Positions 20,371 through 30,172 are shown, counted from the first letter of the whole stretch. The stretch: 59,863 nt of DNA, filler included, from 5 parts of 5 records of this genome joined end to end with filler, not necessarily neighbours in it, one strand, 5' to 3'. Program-made: numbers and translations. Notes: a model not told the origin generated them from the sequence alone.

Positions 20371-21863
20371 GCGCGGATCTGATGACCTTCGGATATTTCG
20401 AGCATGTCGTTTTGGTGCTCGGCTGGGTGGTGAACAACGCCATCTGGGGCATGCTCAACGAGAGCATGGTCGCCGCCCTGCCCTTCGTTGCTCTGGTGCT
20501 CAGAGAATGGTACCAAGCCCGCCGGGAGGGAGAGGACGAAGGCAACAAAGGCTTGCTCACGCTGAACCGGATCGAGGCCGGTTTCTACGCCATGATCCTG
20601 ATCTACGGCTTCTGCACCGCGCCGATCATGAGCGTTAACTTCCAGACGGGCGAATACGACCAAACGCACTTCCAGCAGTGCGGCACCACCGTCTACGACA
20701 GCACCGGGGGTACTGGTGCTGGGATGTCGGCCCAAATCCCTCTGTGGTGGGCGGCCGTTCACGCGGTGTCTCACGGCGCGACCAATGCCGCGGTGGCCTC
20801 CCTACCCTGCAAACCGGCCTACCAGCACGTCGCTCAGAAGCTGGATGAAACGGTCGTCAAAGACCCCAAGCTGCGGTATCAGCTGAACGAATTTCAGCAG
20901 TGGTGTTTCGGGATGGCGCGCACCAAGCTACTGCGCGATTCCGACGGCAACAGCGTACCGCCAGATGTGACGCTTGATGTGGACTGGATCGGGTCCAGCT
21001 ACTTCCTTAACACTCCTGGTTATTACGACAGCCTGTACGCCGACAAGCCGACTCAGGGCTTTCCGTATGATGCCAACCGGGATGCAGGGCGATCCAGCAC
21101 CGGACCCGGCCAGCGGGGCTATCCCACTTGTAAGGAATGGTGGGAAACGTCGGGCGTGGGCCTGCGGTCCCGCTTGATGGACCAGGTGGATGCGGACACC
21201 CAAAGCGCCCTCTCCACGGTATTCGGGACCAGCTCCGCCGAGGATGCGGCCCTGCGCCGGGTGCTCAAAGGCAACCCCCGCCCGTCCCGGAAGCCAGGTT
21301 ACGGCAGCACCTTTGCGGACGAGGGGCTGAGTGGCTGGGTGGCCCGCCTGGCCAACGACGCGGCTGGGTTTGTGGGGATGGGGGCAGCCGCCGCAGCAGC
21401 TGCCCCTGCGAAAGCGATCATGGTGGACGCCCTGCCCATGGTGCAGTGGTTGACGCTGATGGCCATGATCATGGCTTTGCCCTTCATCCTGGTGTTTTCC
21501 GGGTACTCCTGGAAAGTGACCGGCCTCGTCACCTTCATCATGTTCGGCACCGTCTTTATGACGTTTTGGTGGCAGTTGGCGGCGTGGTTGGACAACAACC
21601 TGACCGAGATACTCTACGGTGCGGACATGGAAGGCTGGTTGGCGGGCATCGGGAACAGTAAAGAGAAGAGCATCCGGTGGTTCGTCAGTTTCTCCATGTA
21701 CCTGGTGCTGCCCGCACTGTGGATGGGGATGCTGGGATGGGCGGGGTATAAAGGTGGAGATGCCGCCTCCAAGGCTATCAACGGCGGACAAGGAGAGGCT
21801 AAATCGGCCGGCGGAAAAGGTGGGGAGGCCGCCACGAAACACGTGACAAAAGGCAAGCTTTAA
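20367..21863 (+). CDS. traG: conjugal transfer TraG N-terminal domain protein
   Basis: LVLGWVVNNAIW, EG.DEGNKGLL.LNRIE, PLWWAAVHAVS, WIGSSYFL..PGYYD, GYPTCKEWW, FWWQLAAWLD. Confidence 0.9.
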   Translation: MSADLMTFGYFEHVVLVLGWVVNNAIWGMLNESMVAALPFVALVLREWYQARREGEDEGNKGLLTLNRIEAGFYAMILIYGFCTAPIMSVNFQTGEYDQTHFQQCGTTVYDSTGGTGAGMSAQIPLWWAAVHAVSHGATNAAVASLPCKPAYQHVAQKLDETVVKDPKLRYQLNEFQQWCFGMARTKLLRDSDGNSVPPDVTLDVDWIGSSYFLNTPGYYDSLYADKPTQGFPYDANRDAGRSSTGPGQRGYPTCKEWWETSGVGLRSRLMDQVDADTQSALSTVFGTSSAEDAALRRVLKGNPRPSRKPGYGSTFADEGLSGWVARLANDAAGFVGMGAAAAAAAPAKAIMVDALPMVQWLTLMAMIMALPFILVFSGYSWKVTGLVTFIMFGTVFMTFWWQLAAWLDNNLTEILYGADMEGWLAGIGNSKEKSIRWFVSFSMYLVLPALWMGMLGWAGYKGGDAASKAINGGQGEAKSAGGKGGEAATKHVTKGKL

Positions 21864-21875
21864 GCCTGCCCTGCT

Positions 21876-22352
21876 TTACCAGTTATAAGGATTTTCTTGA
21901 GAATTATCTAACTGATTGTAAGAAGGGTGACCGTCCTTTCTCTCTTCATCATCGGACTCGCCGAATGATGAGCCCGTGCTCTCTGTGTAAGCCAAACTAC
22001 GCACGCAGAAAACAATAATCTGAGGCACAAGAGCCGCAACCGCAATCCACGCCAGCCAATGCCCGAATACAAGTAGTAGCAGGGGCAAACCAATGAGCAG
22101 CGCCGCCAGGATCCAGCCCGTCTGACGACCAGAAGCCTTACCTTTGGCCGTGGGCGCCGGTTCGGGGCTCTCTGCCCAGGCGCGAGCCTCTTCAGCACGG
22201 GTTCCCGCTTCCTGGTTCTGAGCCTTCGGACGTTTTGCGCGCAGGCAATCCCGCCACGCCATCGGTTCGGAGGCCGGCTGCTGCGCCTGCTCCGTCCAAT
22301 GCCGAGCGTTTTCGGCTTTACGTTTTTCCTGGTTCAGGATCTCACGGGTCAT
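21876..22352 (-). CDS. membrane protein convergent with traG (DUF3742/entry-exclusion-like position)
   Basis: GGAGG RBS, two TM helices, acidic C-tail, stop 12 nt from the traG stop. Confidence 0.6.
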   Translation of the reverse strand: MTREILNQEKRKAENARHWTEQAQQPASEPMAWRDCLRAKRPKAQNQEAGTRAEEARAWAESPEPAPTAKGKASGRQTGWILAALLIGLPLLLLVFGHWLAWIAVAALVPQIIVFCVRSLAYTESTGSSFGESDDEERKDGHPSYNQLDNSQENPYNW

Positions 22353-22475
22353 GACGCCCTCCAGGGCCGTCGCACCTGTTCAATTAATGGGCAGTTTGCC
22401 TCAGTGGGTGTGGCAGAGCAAGTAAGGCATAGACATTCTTGCGTCATGCATATGTACTGTTTCTCCCAACTCGTT

Positions 22476-23894
22476 CTACCCAACGAGAGGGCTTGCACTA
22501 CACACAACAAGCTGCATGGAACCCCGGGTCATTGCGACATACAGGTTCTGAGCGCTCATGCCTTCGGGATTCAAAAGCACGACCACTTCCGCCTCCAATC
22601 CCTTGAGCAGCAGCGTGCTACCAACAGCTCGCTTGGGCAGCGAACGTCCCAACAATCTGTTTTCCTCGCGCACTCGTATCGCGGCCTCTTCCAATGGAAC
22701 TATCCCCGTCGAGGCCTCCCTGAGTGCTTTGAGCACACCGTAGAAAATAGCAGGACGATGCACTCGCACATTAGGAAGTGCACGCAGTGCCGACAACAAC
22801 GCAGCTGCCGCAGCCAAAGACGGAGTATGCCTAAACTCTAACGCGAGTTGCTCAGCTTCGTTCGGGGGGTTCCTTGCTGTTCCCCGCATCAGTGTTTCCA
22901 TTCGCCGTATCAGCTCCGAGACACCAGCATTGGTCATGACACTCTTCACAAATGTCAGAAGCCGCCCAAGAGCATCTTGTGCGAAAACGTCGAAGCTGCT
23001 GCAGAACACGATGAGGTCCTGCAGGTCGACAGCTTCAACTGTTGAGGCTCCCGGAGTCTGGCTTGCAAAGTTCTGTTGAGCCGACCGGTTGCGGCTATCG
23101 GCGATAATAAGCACCCTACCATCAGCAGCAGGTGGGGCTGTCCTTGCCGCAGCCAAGCGCTGCTGATGGTCATTGGGAGGGATAGTCTGCACCCAGCTCA
23201 CATGCTCCGGCGGGCCGCTACGCAAATCCACCCGCTGTCCAACTGCCAGTAATCGGCGGGCTTCTAGCAGCCACTGTCCAAACGCTTCAGCTCCCGCGTT
23301 CCGCCACCTCCAGGGTGTCTCCAGCTCGCCGACGACGGGAAAATGTGTGCAAACCTGCTGATTCCAGTCCGCCAGCACATTGCCCCGAAACCCGAAGATG
23401 GCCTGCATCGGGTCGCCCAGCACGCATGTTGGCAGGATGAGCGAAAGAAAGTAGACAATGCGGTGCTGAGGCACCGAACAGTCCTGATACTCATCAACAA
23501 TGAGATGCGCATACGAGGCTTTAAGCACTTCGCTGACGTGCCCAGCCTCTAGCAGCTTCCAAGCAGTTTCCCGGATCACGGGGTAGTCACGCGCTGGCGC
23601 AGCCAACCGAAGAATTTCCGGATCATGGGCACTCCGAGCGGGAAAGGTCGAAATGAGCCGTATGGCCCAGCCATCGATGGTGCTCAGTCGATAAGCTTTA
23701 GTCGGAACCCCCGCGCGATCCAATCGGGCTCGCAGTGCAGCAACCCCCGCGTTTGTATGTGTCAACACGAGAATGGGCTTGCTTTCCCGGTGAGCCCGCA
23801 AGGTCTGAGCGATCAGTTCCGTCTTGCCACAGCCGGCCGGTGCGGTGATAGTGCCGCGCTCGACCGCGCGGAGGTCTATTTCAGCGCGGCTCAT
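22476..23894 (-). CDS. UvrD/SF1 helicase (GajB-like)
   Basis: APAGCGKT, LIVDEYQD, LGDPMQAIFGF, PWRW, KGLE, LYVAMTRG; start overlaps the upstream nuclease stop by 14 nt. Confidence 0.9.
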   Translation of the reverse strand: MSRAEIDLRAVERGTITAPAGCGKTELIAQTLRAHRESKPILVLTHTNAGVAALRARLDRAGVPTKAYRLSTIDGWAIRLISTFPARSAHDPEILRLAAPARDYPVIRETAWKLLEAGHVSEVLKASYAHLIVDEYQDCSVPQHRIVYFLSLILPTCVLGDPMQAIFGFRGNVLADWNQQVCTHFPVVGELETPWRWRNAGAEAFGQWLLEARRLLAVGQRVDLRSGPPEHVSWVQTIPPNDHQQRLAAARTAPPAADGRVLIIADSRNRSAQQNFASQTPGASTVEAVDLQDLIVFCSSFDVFAQDALGRLLTFVKSVMTNAGVSELIRRMETLMRGTARNPPNEAEQLALEFRHTPSLAAAAALLSALRALPNVRVHRPAIFYGVLKALREASTGIVPLEEAAIRVREENRLLGRSLPKRAVGSTLLLKGLEAEVVVLLNPEGMSAQNLYVAMTRGSMQLVVCSASPLVG

Positions 23895-25614
23895 AGGCGG
23901 CCCACTCAAATACCTGATCCATCAGCGCCCGGAACCCCTGATCGCACTCGGTCAGGTCCGGAGCAACGATGGTTCGTGCTACCTCTTCCATCCAAGAGAT
24001 GGATTTGAACCAGCCAGCCTTGCGAATACGCGCCGCCTTACCAAGGGTAGCCCTGTGCTCGACTGACAGTTCCCCAGTGGTCTGAATCTCGTCCCAGACA
24101 GCCTGAAAGGTAAGCGTATTGTTCGAGACTGTGCAGAGATGATGAAAGATCAGATCGCCATGGAGTTCGTCCGCAAAGCTGATCAACTTCTGGCAAGCCG
24201 CCGGTGTGAGGCTGCCGAACAACTCGTCCTCCAAGGCCCGTCCTGCACGGTAGGCGACAACCGTGCCGCCCTTCTGAATAAAAGCCTGTTCGACGGTAGG
24301 AGTAGGTTGTTTGTCGTCATCACGCACTACCATCACCCGATAACCCAAGTCTTGAAAGGCTGCCGCGCGGGCATACGGACGGTCCGTGTCCCCACCACCG
24401 CAATCAACCAGGGCCACGCCCAATGCCGCCAGAGACACATTTCCTTGGTCGAGCCTGTACAGATCCAGGCCGCGCAATAAGCCGATCTCGCTAGCCCCCT
24501 CGCAAATGATCACGGACCTCGCGAGGAAGGCTTCGGGATAGAGGCGAATTGTACTCTGGATTCCGTCACCGTTACCGACCAGACGCACTTCGTGGCCGTC
24601 GGGGCATTGGCGTAATACGAAGAGCTGGCCCCCCGACAGCTCCCTCAACGCCACGGAGGAATGAGTTGTGAGGAACGCCTGGAGAGTAGGAGTCTGCTCC
24701 TTGGCGCCAAGGGAGCCCAGGAAACGGGTGATGCGATGAGGCTCCAGGCCATACTCCAATTCATCCGATAACACGATCGAAGTCTTAGCCGCCGCTTTCT
24801 GCTGCAGACCGGCGATAAGCAGGCGCGTGGAGCCGACCCCCAGGCTACGAAGCGGGATGCCACTGTGGTTGTGAAGGGAAATGGAGCCTCCCCCGAAGGA
24901 TACCGAGTGCGAATCGAGAAGCGCTTTGGCCCCGGCGCCGATGTTGACGCCCAACTCCTTCGCGGTCAGCGTGACGATTCCCAATGCTTCCCTCAGTTGT
25001 TGCTCTGCTTTGTCTCCAAAGGCGCTACGGGCATCTCTGGCTGCCTTGACCAGAGCAGCCGAGGCATCGGCTCTTTCTTCCGAGATGCGGTTCAGGACAG
25101 AACCTCGCCGCCATCCCAGGTTGAAGTCTGCAAGCGCACCGATGCGAGTGGGGGCCAGTGCAACGCGATCCTTCCAGGCCAGTGTCTTGACGATGCCTTG
25201 CTGGGTAGCCCGATCGGAGATGAGCGTCCACGAAGGCTCCAGGTCACTGGCAACCGTCAGGTTCAGGCAGAGAACCACCTCTGCGTCGGCGGAGGGTTCG
25301 CCTTCGACGATGCCCGTGGAGGCGTGGTATCCGCACAAGAAGGTACCAAAACTCTCCAGCGTCCTCATGCTGTCATCGAGGTTGCCAAGGGTCAGCGTGA
25401 TGCTGATCGGATTCTCGATATCCAGGCCAAAGAAGTCGGCATCCGAGAACTGGAAATTCCTCCTGGCTCCCAGGCACAAGTCAATCGCGTCCAGCACCGT
25501 GGACTTGCCGCTGTCACCCGGACCGATCAGGCAGTTGATACCAGGCGACGGGCACCAAGCCAACCGCTGGATACCGCGGAAGTTCGCAATCTCGATTTTT
25601 CTGATCTTTGCCAT
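23881..25614 (-). CDS. OLD-family ABC-ATPase/TOPRIM nuclease (GajA-like)
   Basis: IEIANFRGI, Walker A GPGDSGKS, Walker B LSDELEYGLEP, H-loop TTHS, TOPRIM ICEGASE and RDDD; GGAGAGG RBS. Confidence 0.9.
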   Translation of the reverse strand: MAKIRKIEIANFRGIQRLAWCPSPGINCLIGPGDSGKSTVLDAIDLCLGARRNFQFSDADFFGLDIENPISITLTLGNLDDSMRTLESFGTFLCGYHASTGIVEGEPSADAEVVLCLNLTVASDLEPSWTLISDRATQQGIVKTLAWKDRVALAPTRIGALADFNLGWRRGSVLNRISEERADASAALVKAARDARSAFGDKAEQQLREALGIVTLTAKELGVNIGAGAKALLDSHSVSFGGGSISLHNHSGIPLRSLGVGSTRLLIAGLQQKAAAKTSIVLSDELEYGLEPHRITRFLGSLGAKEQTPTLQAFLTTHSSVALRELSGGQLFVLRQCPDGHEVRLVGNGDGIQSTIRLYPEAFLARSVIICEGASEIGLLRGLDLYRLDQGNVSLAALGVALVDCGGGDTDRPYARAAAFQDLGYRVMVVRDDDKQPTPTVEQAFIQKGGTVVAYRAGRALEDELFGSLTPAACQKLISFADELHGDLIFHHLCTVSNNTLTFQAVWDEIQTTGELSVEHRATLGKAARIRKAGWFKSISWMEEVARTIVAPDLTECDQGFRALMDQVFEWAAYEPR

Positions 25615-25645
25615 GTATAGCCTCTCCAGATTTCCCACAACGCCT

Positions 25646-26701
25646 TCACGAAAGCTTGGCACCAAAGTGCTTAACAAAATAATCGATCATCTTTGCCGCC
25701 TGCCCCACTTGACGGAACTGCTTTTGTTCGGTGAAATCGATCGACGGCATCAAGTGGATCAACTGGTCATCCGCATACAGCGACATCACGGCCTGCGGTT
25801 CCAACAACGGAGATCGCCAGCCTTCTAATCCATTAGCGGCGTCAATAGCCGCTCCAATCATAACGTCGGCAACCTGCACCGCAGGGCTGATCTTCGAGTC
25901 GATCTGGGTCACGGAAGACAGCTTGAGCGGGAATCGAATGCCCGTGATTTGCGTCTGCTTGAATTCGACCTCATCTTGATGGTCAATATAGCGTTGCAGC
26001 AAATTATGATAAGTGAGCAAATTCTTCGATTGATCGTGGTCAACCCGGTAGGGCCCCTCCGCCATCACCTCCATCCGAGTAATCAAGGACTGCAGAACAA
26101 CCATCGCCGCGTCGGTTGAAACACCCGGCGTGGCGATCGCTGACAGGCACTCGGGGGATGCCAGGGCCAGCGGCCCCAGCGCTTCAGGTAGTTTTCGCCA
26201 ATCGAGAGTTCTGGCAGCCGTCACCAAAGCACGTAAAGCCTCCGGTGTCTTATCCTTGACTGCCCTCTGGAAGGCGGAGAGTAACCCTTCAAATGCTGCC
26301 CGTCCGAGCAGTGTTGGGCCGACGGCGTATAGCAATGAGGCCAAAGCATAATTCTGCCCGTCCTTATAGAAGTCCAGGTCCCGTTCGTAATAGAACGGCT
26401 CGGCCGCGTAGTCCAGAAACATGAGCAACAGCAGGAAGCGCTTGTCGCAGATATAGGTCACACATTTGTGCTGAGACAGCACAGCATGTTGCAATTCCAA
26501 TAGTGGCTGCCTATAGCTTGATCGGCGGGCGAGTGAACGATATTTGAGTTCGGGTGCCTGTAATTTGGGGAAGTGCTCTCGGATCAGTCGCGCAGCCTCA
26601 TCGTTTCCAAGTGCAACCGCCGTGGCCCCTTGAAGGCGCTGATCCGGATTCAGCAGATCAAACCCGGTGTAGCCGCTTTCATCAATGGAAAAACACTCCA
26701 T
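25646..26701 (-). CDS. DUF3800-family protein (predicted RNase H-like fold)
   Basis: N-terminal FSIDESG.TG.DL, ELK, HDQ, C-terminal DSK.SPAVQVAD; GGAGGAGG RBS. Confidence 0.85.
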   Translation of the reverse strand: MECFSIDESGYTGFDLLNPDQRLQGATAVALGNDEAARLIREHFPKLQAPELKYRSLARRSSYRQPLLELQHAVLSQHKCVTYICDKRFLLLLMFLDYAAEPFYYERDLDFYKDGQNYALASLLYAVGPTLLGRAAFEGLLSAFQRAVKDKTPEALRALVTAARTLDWRKLPEALGPLALASPECLSAIATPGVSTDAAMVVLQSLITRMEVMAEGPYRVDHDQSKNLLTYHNLLQRYIDHQDEVEFKQTQITGIRFPLKLSSVTQIDSKISPAVQVADVMIGAAIDAANGLEGWRSPLLEPQAVMSLYADDQLIHLMPSIDFTEQKQFRQVGQAAKMIDYFVKHFGAKLS

Positions 26702-26865
26702 ACCCCCTCCTCCTACATGCCAAGAGGTAGTCAGACTCACTGGCCCTATTCGCGCGCGGCCCCTACTACACATCCCCAAACTAGCCTACCGATACCTTAT
26801 CCTTACAGACACAAAATGAACTTATCTGGATAGAAAAACACAGCCGCTTTTATACCTCCTCCATT

Positions 26866-27168
26866 CTATTGGAAATGCCTTTCTTTTAGGATTTCGAGAA
26901 GCCTCACGACCACCAATGAGAAATAGGTCACAGTAACTACGCACAGCAGTAAAACAGCTGCGATAACGACAGCCACGCCATTGATCGGCACCCCGTTGTT
27001 TACAGCGATGATAAAATCGGGCCCGACTTGATGTAGGGGCATAGAAAACCAAGCCGCCTCCATTGATGCTATCCCTAGGAGTATCACGACGGCCCAGCTC
27101 GGCAAATCAGAGAACTTAACGGGCTTGCGTGATCCATACCAATTTAAAAACCGTTTAATTTTTTTCAT
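26866..27168 (-). CDS. hypothetical two-TM membrane protein
   Basis: 100 aa, basic N-terminus, two hydrophobic segments, GAGGTG SD. Confidence 0.6.
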   Translation of the reverse strand: MKKIKRFLNWYGSRKPVKFSDLPSWAVVILLGIASMEAAWFSMPLHQVGPDFIIAVNNGVPINGVAVVIAAVLLLCVVTVTYFSLVVVRLLEILKERHFQ

Positions 27169-27206
27169 AATCTATCACCTCGTCGAGTACTGGAGACGAT
27201 AGATTA
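27168..27206 (-). promoter_or_regulatory. RBS-sequestering RNA hairpin
   Basis: mRNA UAAUCUAUCGUCUC-(11-nt loop)-GAGGUGAUAGAUUA|UG forms 14 contiguous pairs including two G-U pairs. Confidence 0.55.
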
Positions 27207-27637
27207 ATCGATCTTTAGTACCCAATGTGTTTTGTGGAGGGCGAGCCCCCCCGATAGAAAATTCGGCTAGACTCGATATCGCACCGAAAGCAAAGGTTAT
27301 CTCGCTCCCGAGTGCTCACCAACCGTCGTAGCGCGTCGGTTGTCCTCGCAGCTCTTGCTCACCGACATGACCCTACCCCAATCCAGAATAGGTTGCAGGA
27401 GTCACTGGATCTGACACGCAGAATCCTCCCCTGTGGGGGTGAAAAGGGCATTGGCTCGTCGTAGATCCTTATGATTGGCTCTACGCTCCACACAGCACCC
27501 ACGCACCAGCTTATCCAGAGCCCGTGTGAATCTACCAGCCCCGTTCAACCCGTTGTGGATTGTCCTTGATGACAGGCGCGATCTTGGTACTCTCATGGCC
27601 TCATGGGTTTCATCAGATCAACTGGGATGATCGACAC

Positions 27638-28120
27638 ATGACACATGACGAGAGACAGGCACGAGACGCGCCGGGGATAGACTGGCACGCCCTGTTTGAG
27701 GATTACCAATGGCAGGCGCAGCGGGTTCTGGATGAACACGCCGAACTGCGCCGCCGAGACCCTTTTCATCCTGATGCCTACCCCGACACCCTTCGCATTA
27801 CATTCCCCGGTGGGGCTGAATTGCTGCTGGCTGACACCGTGGTGATACGCGCAGAACAGATGCAAGTACATTGTAGAGACCAATGGATGTCACCGGAAGC
27901 TTGCCTAAGCGCCGGCGTGATAAGCGGAATCACCGCTCTTTCCGCCAACGGGCATCTTCTGACTTTCACGGAGGATACCCGGATTCAGCGCTATGGTTGT
28001 CATTCCCGCCTTCGGGCCACTGGCGGAGATGTTGCTCCGACACGACATAATGGCCAGACGGTCAAGACGTATCTTGTATGGGTAACGGGCACCCTTCAAG
28101 GGATCAGCCCTCCAGGTTGA
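27638..28120 (+). CDS. hypothetical protein
   Basis: About 160-aa ORF (MTHDERQ...) upstream of vgrG; no motif recognised; start uncertain. Confidence 0.5.
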   Translation: MTHDERQARDAPGIDWHALFEDYQWQAQRVLDEHAELRRRDPFHPDAYPDTLRITFPGGAELLLADTVVIRAEQMQVHCRDQWMSPEACLSAGVISGITALSANGHLLTFTEDTRIQRYGCHSRLRATGGDVAPTRHNGQTVKTYLVWVTGTLQGISPPG

Positions 28121-28144
28121 CGCCCTGCCCGAGCTTGCTATGCT
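28117..28144 (+). promoter_or_regulatory. sigma70-type promoter for vgrG
   Basis: TTGACG-N16-TATGCT with extended -10 TG. Confidence 0.55.
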
Positions 28145-28195
28145 TCGCTGAACTCAGCCGGATTCGCTGATGATAGATATTGGAGAAGGATTTCC

Positions 28196-29686
28196 ATGAC
28201 CGATCCCTTTTCGCTTGGCCGCGATATCCTGGCTGCCCTGGCCACCCCACTCCAAAACCAACGCCTGATCGAAGTCGACGCCGCGGCGGAAGGCCTGGTG
28301 GTGGAGCGCTTCCGGGGCCGCGAGGAAGTCTGTGGCGAGTACACCTTCACCATCGACTGCTTCATTACCGGCTCGGACCGTCGGGATGAGGACATTGGTG
28401 ACGTCTTGAACGGCCAGCCGATGACGCTGTCCCTGCGCTGTCCGGATGGCGGCTGGCGCCGCTGGCACGGTGTCTGTGTAGACTCCTATCAATACCGGGA
28501 CATGGACGGTTTGCCCCGCTGCGAGCTGGTCCTGGGTTCCTGGAGCTTCTGGCTGGAAGAACGCTTGAACAGCGAGATCTTCCCTCAGTGCTCCGCCCAA
28601 GACGTTATCGAGCGCATCATCGGCGAATACCCCGAAGCCGCCGTCCGCTTTGATCTCATGGCCCCGTTGCCGCAACGGCCCATGATCACCCAGTACCGGG
28701 AAAACCAGTGGGCCTTCTGTCAGCGATTGATGACGGAATACGGACTGGCCTGGCGTTTTGAGCATCGCCAGGACGGCCAAGAGGATGCCAAGGACGGCGG
28801 CCCGCCGGTGACTTTGGTGGTGTTCGACCAGCACGCCTGCCTGCCGGAAGGTCCCTCCCTGGATTTCCATAATGACCGCTCCGAGGAAAGCCGACCTTCG
28901 GTGACCCGCTTCACCGACGGTAGCCGCCTCACCCCCAACGCGGTGCAGGTGGCCAGCTGGCACAGCAGCAAGGTACGTACCGTCACTGGTCGCGCCGAAG
29001 CCACCGACCCAGATGGTCTGCCGGTACGGGAGATCTACTGGCACCGCCAGGATGCCCGCTTCGACAGCGCCGAACAGGCGGAACGGACCGCTGGCCACCA
29101 TCTGGATGCCTTGCGGGTGTTACAACGGGTCCATCGCGGCGAAAGTCGGGTACGCACCCTGGCCACCGGTGAAGCCTTTACCTTGAGCGGCCATCCGCGT
29201 TGTGATGAAGGGCCCTATGTGGCTCTGGTGTTGGAACACGCAGCGGTGAACAACCTGGGCCACGCTGGCGAGCAGCTCGGCGACGACACCCTCAAGGCCG
29301 GCCAGTACCGCAACGCTTTCCTGGCCATTCCGGCCACCACTCCCATAGCCCCTGTGCCCCGCCCCAAGCCCGAGGTGGGCGGCCCGCTGCTGGCGAGAGT
29401 GGTGGGCCACCCCGGCGACGCCGTAACCAGCAGTCGCGACCACCAGGTGCGCATCCAATACACTTGGCAGCGCGGGGACGCTCCCAACCCCGGTGGCCTT
29501 AACGATGCCGGTGCCCCCCAATCGGGTCATGCCCCTGGCGATGCGTCTTCGGGGATTTGGGTGCCGGTGGCCGAGGCTCTGGCTGGTCCCAACTGGGGCG
29601 CCAACTTCCTGCCCCGGATCGATAGCGAGGTCTTGGTCGAGTTCCGCCAGGGGGATATCGACCAGCCAGTAGTCATCGGCCAACTC
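28196..29686 (+). CDS. vgrG: type VI secretion spike protein VgrG (3' truncated)
   Basis: LVVERFRGREEV, QYRE...F..RL..EYGL.WRFEH, Y.N.F.AIP, gp5 OB-fold WVPVAEALAGPNWGANFLPRIDSEVLVEF..GDIDQPVVIGQL. Confidence 0.93.
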
Positions 29687-29786
29687 NNNNNNNNNNNNNN
29701 NNNNNNNNNNNNNNNNNNNNNNNNNNNNNNTTAATTAATTAANNNNNNNNNNNNNNNNNNNNNNNNNNNNNNNNNNNNNNNNNNNN
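29687..29786. other. artificial contig spacer
   Basis: N-run with TTAATTAATTAA. Confidence 0.99.
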
Positions 29787-29809
29787 GTGTGTGTGTGTGT
29801 GTGTGTGTG
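29787..29809. repeat. (GT)n microsatellite at contig end
   Basis: Direct reading. Confidence 0.95.
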
Positions 29810-30172
29810 CGTGCTGGGCTCTGCCTGGTGTGTGTGAGTGGAGCTGCTGCAAGGCGTGTGGTGGACCAACGCGGGAGTGGGTAAATCGGAAGGTTGTTGT
29901 CAACGTTGGTCCCGTGCGGATTTGTTTTCTGCGGCTTTGGTTGGGTGCCAGACGCGAGTTCAAACTGCTTTTGAGTGCGGGGTGAAGCGTTGGCGCCCAG
30001 CCGAAGGTAATGTGAGCTAAGGATCAGGGCCGGCATCAACCAGTCAAGCTGTTACCGCCGAAGCAAGGAGTTTTTTTGTTTTTTTACTGTTTTGTTGAAA
30101 TGCTCTTCGGTTTGACGTCTATTCTGTGCCCATTTGGTGAGGAAGAGCCCCCACGAGCCAGCTGAGTTGGCA

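Larger units (their letters stand above)
13752..22352. mobile_element. PFGI-1/ICEclc-family integrative conjugative element backbone segment (cargo probably continues to 29686)
   Basis: Conserved order TIGR03757-TIGR03756-TIGR03755-(membrane protein)-TraG-N-convergent membrane gene; no integrase or att site in the window. Confidence 0.85.

Noticed and set aside
24865-25828. Plus-strand ORFs overlapping the OLD gene
   Set aside because: Antisense shadows with no motifs.
25615-26865. DUF3800-associated ncRNA or retron msr-msd
   Set aside because: No reverse transcriptase in the contig, only 31 nt downstream of the gene, and no convincing stem structure seen in the roughly 165 nt upstream. An Infernal search would settle it.
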